A stretch of 64,000 nt of DNA, taken from positions 352,001 through 416,000 of the forward strand of contig CAVPOC010000003.1 in the NCBI GenBank assembly GCA_963706955.1. The letters run 5' to 3'. Shown here piece after piece: positions 49,865-59,096 of the stretch. Every line of letters starts with the position of its first letter. Position 1 is the stretch's first letter. Source of the stretch: an uncultured Verrucomicrobiae bacterium (lineage in GTDB: Bacteria; Verrucomicrobiota; Verrucomicrobiia; Chthoniobacterales; Terrimicrobiaceae). Position numbers and translations under genes: made by a program. The notes under the pieces are model-generated. The model saw only the letters and a list, made by a program, of their open reading frames with translations, ran no database searches and was not told where the DNA came from.

Positions 49865-52146
49865 ACCTTGCCTCGCTCACCGCGTATCTGACCGGACCAC
49901 CGCATCGCGTTCATCTGATCGGAGTGGCCGGATCAGGGATGAGTGGCATCGCGGGACTTCTTCTTGCCTTAGGCCATCGCGTCAGTGGCTCGGACAAGGT
50001 CGCCACGGTTGAGGTGGGACGTTTGGAAAAGAAGGGACTTCGATTTGGCGTGCCGCACCAGGCGGTTGAGGTTCTAGAGGCCGAGCTGGTCGTCTACTCA
50101 TCCGCCATCAAACCGGGCAATGTCGCCTACGACGAAGCGAGAAGGCTGCGCATCCCGATGGTGCGGCGGGCCGATGCTTTGGCGGCCATTATGAATTCGA
50201 AGAAGGGCATCGTCATCTGTGGCATGCACGGCAAGACGACCACTTCTTCGATGACGGCCCACGTGCTGCGCAGCTGTGGGCTCAAGCCATCGCATTATGT
50301 CGGTGCAGAGATCCCGATCCTTGGCTCGAATGCACGGTGGGACTCGGCCGGCGAATACTTTGTCGCCGAAGGCGACGAGAGCGACGGAACCCTCATCAAC
50401 TACCATCCCGAACACGCCATCGTCCTTAATGTCGAACCCGAGCATCTTGATTTCTACAAGGATCTCGCCGCGATCGATGCTGTTTACGGCAAGCTAGTCG
50501 CACAAACTCGCGGTCAGGTTGTTTATTGCGGAGACGATCCAGGCGCGACGCGCGTCTGCGCTGCCCACCCGGGCGCGATCTCCTACGGGCGAACGGAAGG
50601 AAATCGCTACCGGCTCACCAACCTGGTGACTGAAAATTTTTGTTCGCACTTTCAGATCGAAAGAGGTGACGAGGTCCTGGGGCCAGCGAGGCTAAACATC
50701 CCGGGCGCTCACAACGCCGTCAATGCTCTTGCCGTAATTGCCCTTGCTCTGGAAATGGGCCTCCGGTTCGAAAACGTCGTCGCCGCGCTTGAGGGATTCC
50801 GCGGTGCGCGACGAAGATTTGAGATTTGCTATGAATCGCCTCGGAACCTGGTGGTCGATGATTACGGACACCATCCCACGGAGATCGCCGCCACGATTGC
50901 AACCGCCAGGACCGGTCATTGGAAACGCGTGCTCGTCATGTTTCAACCGCACCGTTATACGCGCACTCTGGCGCTCAAGGAAGAATTCGGCCGGGCGTTC
51001 GATGGCGCCGACCTCGCCTTCATTGCGGACGTTTATCCAGCCAGCGAGAAGCCGATTCCGGGCGTCTCCGGCCAGATGATCGCGGAGGCGATGCGCTCGC
51101 ATGGCCATGAACACGTCGAATTTCGACCCGATGTGCGGCAAATTCATCAAAGCGCAGGGGCCGAAATCGAAGATGGTGACCTGATTTTGAGCCTCGGCGC
51201 CGGAAATATTCACGAAGCCGCCAGCCGCCTCGTTGCCGACCTCACTTTGCGCGACCGGCTGCTCAGTGCCATGGGCGCCGGTAGCATTCGGCTCTACGAG
51301 CCTCTTTCTCGCCATACCACTCTGCGAGTCGGCGGCCCGGCGCAGTTCTGGGCGGAGCCAGAGACCGAAGAGGGCTTCGCGGACCTGGTCCAAATGTCCT
51401 TCGACGAAGACATCCCTTTTATGGTGATGGGTCGCGGCTCCAACCTGCTCGTGCGCGATGGCGGAGTGCCCGGCGTCGTCGCTCACCTTTCAAAAGGCGA
51501 GTTCGCGCTCTCTGCCGTCAACGGCACTGAAATCACGGCTGGCGTCGGCCTGAAACTGAAGAAGCTCACCGCCATCGCCCGCAATGCCGGCATCGGCGGC
51601 TTCGAATGGATGGAGGGTATTCCCGGAAACCTTGGAGGCAGCCTCAGAATGAACGCCGGCGCGATGGGCGGGGAAACTTTCGACCAAGTCGTCGCTGTCC
51701 GCTTCTGCGATCAGGATGGCAACATTTTCACGCGTGCGCCCGCCGAAATGGAAGTCCATTATCGCAATGTCCCCACTCTGCAAAACAATTATGCCCTCTC
51801 GGCCACGCTCCGCGGAACGCCCGCCGATCCCCGGGAAATCGAGGCCCGAATCGCGACCGCAGAACGGAAGCGGCGCGAATCTCAGCCTGTCGCCGCGAGC
51901 GCCGGTTGCATTTTCAAAAATCCGGACCAGACTCCCGCTGGAAAACTGATCGAGGAGCTCGGCTTCAAGAATTTCACCGTCGGAAGGGCGCGCGTTTCTG
52001 AGGTGCATGGCAACTTCATCGTCAACGACGGAGGAGCCACCGCGGAGGAGATTCTCACCCTTATCGCAGAGATCAAGGCCGCCGCCGCCCGCGAGCGTGG
52101 CATCGATCTCCAAACCGAAGTTCAGATCGTTGGCATTGACGCATGA
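49861..52146 (+). CDS. murC: Fused MurC (L-Ala ligase)-MurB (enolpyruvyl reductase)
   Basis: N-terminal part has GVAGSGMSGIA, GMHGKTTT, EGDESDG, DDYGHHPTEI and FQPHRY. C-terminal part has HTTLRVGGPA, GSNLL, GIPGNLGG.LRMNAGA, SAGCIFKNP and HGNFIVN. Both lie in one 761-aa ORF. Confidence 0.95.
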   Translation: MNLASLTAYLTGPPHRVHLIGVAGSGMSGIAGLLLALGHRVSGSDKVATVEVGRLEKKGLRFGVPHQAVEVLEAELVVYSSAIKPGNVAYDEARRLRIPMVRRADALAAIMNSKKGIVICGMHGKTTTSSMTAHVLRSCGLKPSHYVGAEIPILGSNARWDSAGEYFVAEGDESDGTLINYHPEHAIVLNVEPEHLDFYKDLAAIDAVYGKLVAQTRGQVVYCGDDPGATRVCAAHPGAISYGRTEGNRYRLTNLVTENFCSHFQIERGDEVLGPARLNIPGAHNAVNALAVIALALEMGLRFENVVAALEGFRGARRRFEICYESPRNLVVDDYGHHPTEIAATIATARTGHWKRVLVMFQPHRYTRTLALKEEFGRAFDGADLAFIADVYPASEKPIPGVSGQMIAEAMRSHGHEHVEFRPDVRQIHQSAGAEIEDGDLILSLGAGNIHEAASRLVADLTLRDRLLSAMGAGSIRLYEPLSRHTTLRVGGPAQFWAEPETEEGFADLVQMSFDEDIPFMVMGRGSNLLVRDGGVPGVVAHLSKGEFALSAVNGTEITAGVGLKLKKLTAIARNAGIGGFEWMEGIPGNLGGSLRMNAGAMGGETFDQVVAVRFCDQDGNIFTRAPAEMEVHYRNVPTLQNNYALSATLRGTPADPREIEARIATAERKRRESQPVAASAGCIFKNPDQTPAGKLIEELGFKNFTVGRARVSEVHGNFIVNDGGATAEEILTLIAEIKAAAARERGIDLQTEVQIVGIDA

Positions 52147-53051
52147 CTGGCATTCTCAAAGGAAAAAAGGTGGCCGTCCTCCTGGGAGGGCCCGGGCCGG
52201 AACGTGAAGTATCGCTACGCTCGGGCGCCGCAGTGGCCCGCGCGCTTCGCTCGTTGGGCGCCCTCGTCCAGGAGGTCGACGTCAAGAATTCCCGCCTTGC
52301 GCTGCCGGAGCCGATCGACCTGGCCTACAACATGATCCATGGCACCTTTGGCGAAGATGGTCAGATCCAGGAAATTTTGGAACAACAAGGCATCCCCTAC
52401 ACCGGTGAAGGAGTCGCGGGCAGTCAGCTTGCATTTGATAAGATACTCAGTAAGAGAAAATTCGATGAGCATGGTGTCCCGACCGGTCGGTGGCACGTCA
52501 TCGCTGCCGGCCAAAAGCCGCGTTTCGAAGTGCCGTTCGTCGTGAAATCGCCTCGGCAGGGATCAAGCGTCGGCGTGCATATCATCAAAGATTCCGCAGA
52601 TCTGGATGCCGCCCTCGAAGACTGCTTTCGCTTCGGCGAAGCAGTGATTGTGGAGGAATTTTTTTCCGGCCGCGAATTGACGGTCGGTATTCTTGGGGAC
52701 GTCGCTTTACCGGTGATCGAGATCGTTCCCCGTGAGGGATTTTACGATTACCAGCACAAATACACCAAAGGGGCCTCGGAATACTTCGTTCCCGCTCCGA
52801 TCGGCGACGAGGCCACCCAAGCGGTCCAATATGCCGCCCTGGCTGCCAAGCGTGCCCTCGGTCTAGAAATCTATTCGCGTGTCGATGTGATTCTTGCTTC
52901 GGATGGCAGCCTGAACGTATTAGAGATTAATACCATTCCGGGGATGACGGAAACCAGTCTGCTGCCAAAGGCGGCCGCGGCAGCGGGATTAGACTTTCCG
53001 ACGCTCTGCGAACGGATCGCCTCACTTTCCATGCAACGCACTCACCACTGA
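52143..53051 (+). CDS. ddl: D-alanine--D-alanine ligase
   Basis: EREVSLRSG, HGTFGEDG, GSSVG, FYDYQHKY and EINTIPGMT motifs. Confidence 0.96.
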   Translation: MTGILKGKKVAVLLGGPGPEREVSLRSGAAVARALRSLGALVQEVDVKNSRLALPEPIDLAYNMIHGTFGEDGQIQEILEQQGIPYTGEGVAGSQLAFDKILSKRKFDEHGVPTGRWHVIAAGQKPRFEVPFVVKSPRQGSSVGVHIIKDSADLDAALEDCFRFGEAVIVEEFFSGRELTVGILGDVALPVIEIVPREGFYDYQHKYTKGASEYFVPAPIGDEATQAVQYAALAAKRALGLEIYSRVDVILASDGSLNVLEINTIPGMTETSLLPKAAAAAGLDFPTLCERIASLSMQRTHH

Positions 53052-54017
53052 ATGGCTGATCAGCGTCAACCACGTCGAGTGAATCGAAGGTTGCGCAGCA
53101 ATTTGACGCGCGCCAATCTGCTCGATGTCCGCATGCGCACGGTGACCGCGCGTCGCCGGCGCCGAGCCATAATCTTTCGTTGGGTCACCAATGTTTTTCT
53201 GGTTGGAGCGGTCGGCGCCGGCTCGTTTTTCGGCCTACAGGCGGCCCTCGACAAGTTCTTCTTCAAGAATCCGGAATACACCTTGCGGCGAATTTCCTTC
53301 GAGCTCGACGAAATTCTCACCCGGGACGAGGCTCTCGCCGTGACCGGCCTTCGCGAAGGCGTAAATATCTTCTCGGTCGATTTCGCAAGAGTTGAGGCCG
53401 CGCTGCGCGAGATTCCGCAGGTGCAGGATGTTCGCCTCGCGCGCAAGCTTCCGGACCAGATCGACGTCAGCATTACGGCGCGGCGGCCGATCGCGTGGGT
53501 AGCGGCGCCGGGCGAGACGGGAGATCCTTCCGCCTCGGAGAAATCGCTCCTCGTCGACGCGGGCGGCTTCCTGATGCGGCCACGCCACATCATGCCCGAG
53601 TATTTCCATCTCCCCGCCATCTACGGTGCGAAGAGCGACAACGTGCGTGATGGAGAACCGCTCCCAGGCGAGGACTTGCGCCTGGCCGTTCGTTTGATCG
53701 AAACAGTTGCTCGGCATCCGAACTCGCTCTTGCACATTCGGGCGATCGACGTATCGCGAGGCTATTGTCTCGAAGTGGTCAATGACTCGAATGCACGTAT
53801 TTTATTTGGCACAGGCGACTTTGAAGAGCAGCTTGCCCGCTTGCAACAACTCCTCGCCCATTGCAACGAAACCGGACGATCTCTTGAAAAAGTCAATTTG
53901 ATGGTGAAGCGCAACACCCCGGTGAACTTTGTCGCAGTGTCAAATCCATTGCCGGAGGATCCCGTGGCTATTCCGGCTCCATCGGCGCAACCAACCCCGA
54001 AGACGCGGAGAAACTGA
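53052..54017 (+). CDS. ftsQ: Cell division protein FtsQ/DivIB
   Basis: Basic cytoplasmic N-terminus, TM helix and POTRA-like region (NIFSVD...IPQV...RKLPD); located between ddl and ftsA. Confidence 0.85.
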   Translation: MADQRQPRRVNRRLRSNLTRANLLDVRMRTVTARRRRRAIIFRWVTNVFLVGAVGAGSFFGLQAALDKFFFKNPEYTLRRISFELDEILTRDEALAVTGLREGVNIFSVDFARVEAALREIPQVQDVRLARKLPDQIDVSITARRPIAWVAAPGETGDPSASEKSLLVDAGGFLMRPRHIMPEYFHLPAIYGAKSDNVRDGEPLPGEDLRLAVRLIETVARHPNSLLHIRAIDVSRGYCLEVVNDSNARILFGTGDFEEQLARLQQLLAHCNETGRSLEKVNLMVKRNTPVNFVAVSNPLPEDPVAIPAPSAQPTPKTRRN

Positions 54018-55237
54018 TGGCTCGACCCGATATTCTCGTGGGGGTGGAGGTGGGAACGTCAAAGGTCTGCGTCGTCGTCGGCGAGATCGGGCGCGAAGGC
54101 ACACTCCGAATTCTTGGCGTCGGCCTGGCTCCGTCGCGCGGTGTGCGCAAAGGGGAAATTGTTGACCTGGCGATCGCTACCGAATGCGTGCATGATGCCC
54201 TGGCCGATGCCGAAACCAACAGCGACGCCGAGATCGGCAGCGTCTTCGTCGCCACCACCGGCAGCCATATTCGCAGCTTCAACAGCCGTGGCGCTATCCT
54301 CATTGCCTCGGACCGCTACGAGATCGACGATGGAGACGTCCAGGAAGTCGCGGTAAAGGCGCGTGAGGTAAACATTCCGACCGAAAATCACTTCCTTCAC
54401 TCCATCATCCAACATTACTACGTCGATGGACAAGAGGGCGTATTGAACCCGATCGGGATGGTTGGCAGGAAGCTGGAGGCCGACTTTCATATCATTCATG
54501 GCGTGCGGACTCGCATGCAAAACACGCTGCGCTGCATCCGTGAGAGTGGCGTCGAGATCGACGAGATCGTTGTCAATTCTCTCGCCTCTGCCCAAGCCGT
54601 GCTCGATGAACATCAAAAAGAGCTCGGCGCCGTCGTCATCGACGTAGGCGGCGGAGTCACCGACTACATCGTTTACGAAACCGGTGTCGTCCGCCACAGC
54701 GGGGTGCTGGCCGTGGGTGGCGACCACATCAGCAATGACATTTCTTTAGGGCTGCGGATTCCGCTCACCCGGGCGGAAAAGCTCAAGGTCGACGAGGGCT
54801 CGGCAAAACTTGGAACTTCCACTCCGGGAGAGAAAATCACCCTCAAGAATGACGCTGGGTTCGCTGGCAAGGAAGTTGAGCGTGAGATGCTCAATACGAT
54901 CATCCATGCGCGCCTGCGCGAAAACTTCGAGCTCATAAAAAAGCAAATCGAACCGGAGGTCTCCATGCGCATGCTCGGCGGTGGCGTGGTCCTTACCGGG
55001 GGATGTAGCCTGATGCGCGGCATCAAGGAAGTCGCCGAATCCGTTTTCGAGCTGCCGGTGCACCTGGCACGCGACACCGGCGTCTCCGGACCGAAGTCGG
55101 TGCTCAACAATCCGCAATATTCCACCTCGATCGGCCTCATCAAATTCGCGCAAGCGCTCCGCGCCGAAGTAGAAAGGCCCGGTCTGATCGGCTCGGTTCT
55201 GGAAAAAATCGGCGGTATTTTCCGGAAGAGAGGCTGA
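54017..55237 (+). CDS. ftsA: Cell division protein FtsA
   Basis: EVGTSKV, GVRKG, IDVGGGVTD, GGDHISNDI, AEKLK and VLTGG motifs; C-terminal amphipathic helix. Confidence 0.95.
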   Translation: MARPDILVGVEVGTSKVCVVVGEIGREGTLRILGVGLAPSRGVRKGEIVDLAIATECVHDALADAETNSDAEIGSVFVATTGSHIRSFNSRGAILIASDRYEIDDGDVQEVAVKAREVNIPTENHFLHSIIQHYYVDGQEGVLNPIGMVGRKLEADFHIIHGVRTRMQNTLRCIRESGVEIDEIVVNSLASAQAVLDEHQKELGAVVIDVGGGVTDYIVYETGVVRHSGVLAVGGDHISNDISLGLRIPLTRAEKLKVDEGSAKLGTSTPGEKITLKNDAGFAGKEVEREMLNTIIHARLRENFELIKKQIEPEVSMRMLGGGVVLTGGCSLMRGIKEVAESVFELPVHLARDTGVSGPKSVLNNPQYSTSIGLIKFAQALRAEVERPGLIGSVLEKIGGIFRKRG

Positions 55238-55396
55238 AGGAAAATGTCTGCCTTCCAGATGGAATGATCGAATCGACCACCGTCATGGAAGCGCTCTTGG
55301 CCCATCAAAATTTTGTTTCAACCGCCGTTTGTTTTTCCCTGCGCCGCGCAAGTTTGCTAGCCTGCTTTCCCGTCGACTCGACCAACTTCTAAAGTC

Positions 55397-56719
55397 ATGA
55401 TTTCTTATCCAAGGTCTGATACTGCCTCTGAAGGCATCGAACCCCCGACTGTCCGCATCATCGGGCTTGGAAACGCCGGAACACATTTAGCGGACCGTCT
55501 GCAAATGAACGGCCATGCTGATGTGGTGGTGATGAACACTGACGCGCAGTCGTTGCAATCATCCATCGCCTTCAAGAAGACGCCCGTCGGTCAGATGACG
55601 ACGCGAGGGCTGGGCACCGGCGGTGATCCGGAGATTGGTTATGAGGCGGCCCTTGAATCGCGTGATGCCATTCGTTCGACGGTCGAAGGCACGAACATTG
55701 TTTTCCTTTGTGCCGGGCTTGGCGGAGGCACTGCCTCCGGCGTGATTCCAGTTCTCGCGGAGGCGGCTCGCGAGGCCGGAGCGGTGGTCTTCTCGATTGT
55801 GACTTCGCCCTTCAGCTTTGAGGGTCGCCGCCGCTCCAGGCAGGCTGGCGATGCGATGGCGCTTTTGTCTAAGCAATCAAACGCGCTGATCCATTTCGAG
55901 AATGACCGCATGGCTGAACTTTCCTCGCCTCGCTCGGGCATTGAAGAGACGTTTGCTGCTTCCGACGCGATGCTCTGCGCCTGCGTCACTTCGCTGATCG
56001 CTATCCTGCGGGGCGGAAATCCGATGCCCATTGGACTCGCTGATCTGCTGGTCGCCGTCGGGGGCGGTTCACCCGCAGGCTTATTTGGACGCGGCGAGGC
56101 GACGGGGGATAATCGCGCGCATGAAGCCCTCGAACGCGCTCTAAAGAGCCCCTTGCTCGATCGCGGACGGTTGATCGGAGACTGCCATGCCGTCATTGCG
56201 CACCTCGTTGGTCCGACTTCGCTTTCCTTCTCGGAGGTCGCCGCCGTCATGCGCGAGGTAAGACGGCACACCGCAGATGAGGCTAAGCTTTTCCTGGGCG
56301 TCACCACCGTCAGTGATCCTTCAGCCCAGCTCAGCGTCACTCTCTTTGGCAACTATTCTTCGCCACCGGTGGTCGAGTCCGCGCAACCTCAGGCTGCAGC
56401 TAGCGGCGTCGCCGGGGCCGTGCCAAGCACGGCTGCGATTCCCGCTGGGACTGCCGCGGCCGGAGAAGTTGCCGGTTCGCCGCCCGAGGCTCCCGCAGCG
56501 GCCCCGGTCTCGGCCGACGCGCAGACGCCGGGAGAAGAGTCCGACAGCTCGGACGACCCCTCTAAGGCCAAGGCAGGCTCGAAAACGAAGCCAGCCAAAC
56601 AGGAGACTTTGCAGTTTGAATCTACCACTCGCGGACGCTTCGACAAAAGCGAGCCCACCATCGTCGAAGGCGAAGACCTGGACGTCCCGACTTTTCTGCG
56701 CATGCGCAAGCCTAATTAG
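55397..56719 (+). CDS. ftsZ: Cell division protein FtsZ (divergent)
   Basis: NTDAQSL, TRGLGTGGDPEIG, GLGGGTASG and PFSFEGRRR motifs; C-terminal DLDVPTFLR core peptide; follows ftsA. Confidence 0.92.
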   Translation: MISYPRSDTASEGIEPPTVRIIGLGNAGTHLADRLQMNGHADVVVMNTDAQSLQSSIAFKKTPVGQMTTRGLGTGGDPEIGYEAALESRDAIRSTVEGTNIVFLCAGLGGGTASGVIPVLAEAAREAGAVVFSIVTSPFSFEGRRRSRQAGDAMALLSKQSNALIHFENDRMAELSSPRSGIEETFAASDAMLCACVTSLIAILRGGNPMPIGLADLLVAVGGGSPAGLFGRGEATGDNRAHEALERALKSPLLDRGRLIGDCHAVIAHLVGPTSLSFSEVAAVMREVRRHTADEAKLFLGVTTVSDPSAQLSVTLFGNYSSPPVVESAQPQAAASGVAGAVPSTAAIPAGTAAAGEVAGSPPEAPAAAPVSADAQTPGEESDSSDDPSKAKAGSKTKPAKQETLQFESTTRGRFDKSEPTIVEGEDLDVPTFLRMRKPN

Positions 56720-56837
56720 CTGTCCAGGTCGGCCAAGAAACTCGCCTCATTTTTAAGTCTGTGCGCTGGCGAGGTCGAATTGGCTTGCCCTTCGGAATCG
56801 CTCCTCTAAGATCGCCTCACAAAAGAAAGCAACTCGC

Positions 56838-57293
56838 ATGAGCTTCACGGTTACGAAAGTTGATATCTGGAGTGCCAAAATTGAAGATAGACCTGGCGGT
56901 CTCGCGAAGGTTCTCGGCGCGCTGGGAAACACCGGAGCAAGTCTTGAGTGCGTCATCGCACGGCGCGATACAGCGAAGTCCGGCACCGGCGTAGTCTTCC
57001 TCACCCCGGTCAAGGGTTCTCCGGCGCGCAAAGCAGCGCAAGCGGAGGGCGTCGCCCCAGCGAAGAATCTAACCACGCTCAAAGTCGAAGGAGACGACTC
57101 TCCCGGTTTGGGCGGGCGCATCGTCGCCGCAATCGCCGACGCCGGCATCAACTTGCGCGGTGTCTCCGCAGCGGTGGTCGGAAGAAAGTTTGTCGCCTAC
57201 CTTGGCTTCGATGATGCCGCTGATGCGACCAAGGCCGGCCGTGCGTTGCGCACTCTCTCGACGCAAAAGGGCTCCGGAAAGTCCAAGCGCTAA
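56838..57293 (+). CDS. Tandem ACT-domain protein
   Basis: Two ACT-like motifs (IEDRPGGLAKVL; GDDSPGLGGRI...AGINL) and a basic tail. Confidence 0.8.
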   Translation: MSFTVTKVDIWSAKIEDRPGGLAKVLGALGNTGASLECVIARRDTAKSGTGVVFLTPVKGSPARKAAQAEGVAPAKNLTTLKVEGDDSPGLGGRIVAAIADAGINLRGVSAAVVGRKFVAYLGFDDAADATKAGRALRTLSTQKGSGKSKR

Positions 57294-57340
57294 GCGCACG
57301 TCATTTGTAAAAACCGTATTCTACAGTAAAGCGATTTCGT

Positions 57341-57395
57341 TGTAGCGACCGTGTCCCCACGGTCGAGGGTCCCCGGCGGTGGGGACACCGCCGCT
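57341..57395. repeat. REP/REPIN-like inverted doublet, family A (copy 4)
   Basis: TGTAGCGACCGTGTCCCCACGGTCG ... CGGCGGTGGGGACACCGCCGCT between convergent genes. Confidence 0.75.
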
Positions 57396-57507
57396 GATCG
57401 CTCGCTCTCCGAAAGTTAGCTTCATAAGCGGGATTTCGCTCGGAGCTTGAGACAAGCGTCCAGACAATTGTTTCATCGATTGTCGGCTGCGAATTTTCTT
57501 CTGCTAT

Positions 57508-57858
57508 CTAGTGTTTCTTACGCGTGAGCATGAATTCGTTGCCCTCGGTATCTGCGCACATGGCTAGGTGAGGCGGCTCTCCTGCGGCATCAGACATCGG
57601 TTCTCTGAGGAGCTGACCACCCGCTGCGACCACTTCGCGCGCTCCCGCAACGACATCCGCGACTTGAAAGCTTAGCCCGGTCCAGGTCCGCTCTCCCTCT
57701 CCGCCGGCGTGGATTCCAATGGTCGCCCCGGCAATCTCCAGCTCGCTGAGGACGTCGCTCTGACGAAGGACGTTCGCGTTGAATGCAGTCCGATAAAAGC
57801 TGACCGCGCGCGGCGTTTCTGCCGCCCAGAGAATGTACTTTGTCCGCTCTACATCCAT
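57508..57858 (-). CDS. VOC (glyoxalase/bleomycin-resistance) family protein
   Basis: RAVSFYRTAF, LSFQVADV, AAGGQLLREP and ADTEGNEFML motifs. Confidence 0.85.
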   Translation of the reverse strand: MDVERTKYILWAAETPRAVSFYRTAFNANVLRQSDVLSELEIAGATIGIHAGGEGERTWTGLSFQVADVVAGAREVVAAGGQLLREPMSDAAGEPPHLAMCADTEGNEFMLTRKKH

Positions 57859-57908
57859 GCAGTAGCGATACACAATGAGCTGATGCGGTGAAAGGAAAAC
57901 GGTCTGCT

Positions 57909-58769
57909 TCACGCCAAGAGCAGATCGGTGCGATCAGCACGCCCGATTTGATCATGCCAAGCGAGAAGCGGCTCGATTTCCGGATGAATTTGCCCGGATC
58001 CGACGCGCTCCAGCAAGCGAACAACCGAGTAGTCCCGAATCCTCCTGAGGTATTCGCTCTCCCAAACCTCGAACCTTTTCTCGGTTTTGGCATCCAGAAA
58101 CGGCCAGCGTTCACTCGGCACGTGGTGGCCACAACGCCACGGCTTGGGCGTCAAGCGCGCGCGGAATGATTTTTGACTACGACACAGGCGAAGGTAGAGC
58201 GGATCGCTCCCAACGAAGTCGAGAGTTCGCGCCGCCTCGTCGGAGCAAGGGTCGATTTTCCGATGTGCCAGAATTACCCTTAACCCGCCCGCGGTCTCAT
58301 AAATAAAGGCGAGGCCGGCAGGTTCACCGCCGATCACCTCCACTACTTTTCGAAGGACGGAACTCGCGGACAGGTCTTTGCCGCGTCTTGTTTCTGCCGA
58401 TTTCCGGTTCCGAGTGAAGAAGCTCTGCAGAATCCCTGCGCGCGGCTCTTCCGCTTCAGTTGGGGGATGATCGACGTCGGCAATGAACATCCGCGCCGCA
58501 TTGAGGACGACGCACCCATAGCTGTTGCGCGTGATCGCTCCAGTTGGTTCCCCTGAGGTTGAACTCGCCATCACCTGCAAGACCGGCTCCCGCATCGGAC
58601 GATCGGGATAGCCGTAACGCTGGAGTGCCTCCCCTGACTGAAAGCGCTCTGCAAGGACGCGCGCCCGCTCCTGCGCACGTTCACAAGCGTCTTCGCTGCT
58701 TTGATCCGAGAAGCCCCAGCAAATAAATCCATCGTGCGCTCCGCGCTGCCAGAATTTTGGAAAATACAT
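57909..58769 (-). CDS. Hypothetical protein (possible AEP/primase-like fold)
   Basis: 286-aa ORF with protein-like composition; motifs FIADVD, YETAGGLRV, DPLY and FRARLTPKPWR. Confidence 0.75.
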   Translation of the reverse strand: MYFPKFWQRGAHDGFICWGFSDQSSEDACERAQERARVLAERFQSGEALQRYGYPDRPMREPVLQVMASSTSGEPTGAITRNSYGCVVLNAARMFIADVDHPPTEAEEPRAGILQSFFTRNRKSAETRRGKDLSASSVLRKVVEVIGGEPAGLAFIYETAGGLRVILAHRKIDPCSDEAARTLDFVGSDPLYLRLCRSQKSFRARLTPKPWRCGHHVPSERWPFLDAKTEKRFEVWESEYLRRIRDYSVVRLLERVGSGQIHPEIEPLLAWHDQIGRADRTDLLLA

Positions 58770-58847
58770 GGGACCTGACTAGCGCATCGACTCGGTTCGT
58801 CCAAGCTGTCGAAATCCGCCGGCTGCCGTCGACGTGAAGCTTGAACG

Positions 58848-59096
58848 ATGATTTCCATCCATACGACCGACCCGGCGAATACACAGACGTTGGTGGCGAT
58901 CGCCGGGACTGGTTTTGGACAGGGGGCCAAGCTCGATCAGCAAAATACTATCTGGCAAGGCGAAAAGGCCTGGGCTCAGCTTTCGCAAAATCCCGGCACC
59001 GGCGAAGGAACGCTCTTCATCGGCGATTGCGAGTTAAGCCGCCAATTGGGCGAATACGAGCAGCGCGCCGCGGCGGAGGCGGCCGCGCAACTCTAA
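58848..59096 (+). CDS. Small hypothetical protein upstream of the RiPP precursor
   Basis: 82-aa ORF with plausible composition; its TAA overlaps the precursor ATG (TAATG). No family recognised. Confidence 0.45.
   Translation: MISIHTTDPANTQTLVAIAGTGFGQGAKLDQQNTIWQGEKAWAQLSQNPGTGEGTLFIGDCELSRQLGEYEQRAAAEAAAQL

Noticed and set aside
58841..59095. N-terminal 85 codons of the 209-aa ORF 58841-59470
   Set aside because: This Arg-rich extension from a TTG overlaps the 82-aa ORF. The precursor-like sequence begins at ATG 59096 or 59108.
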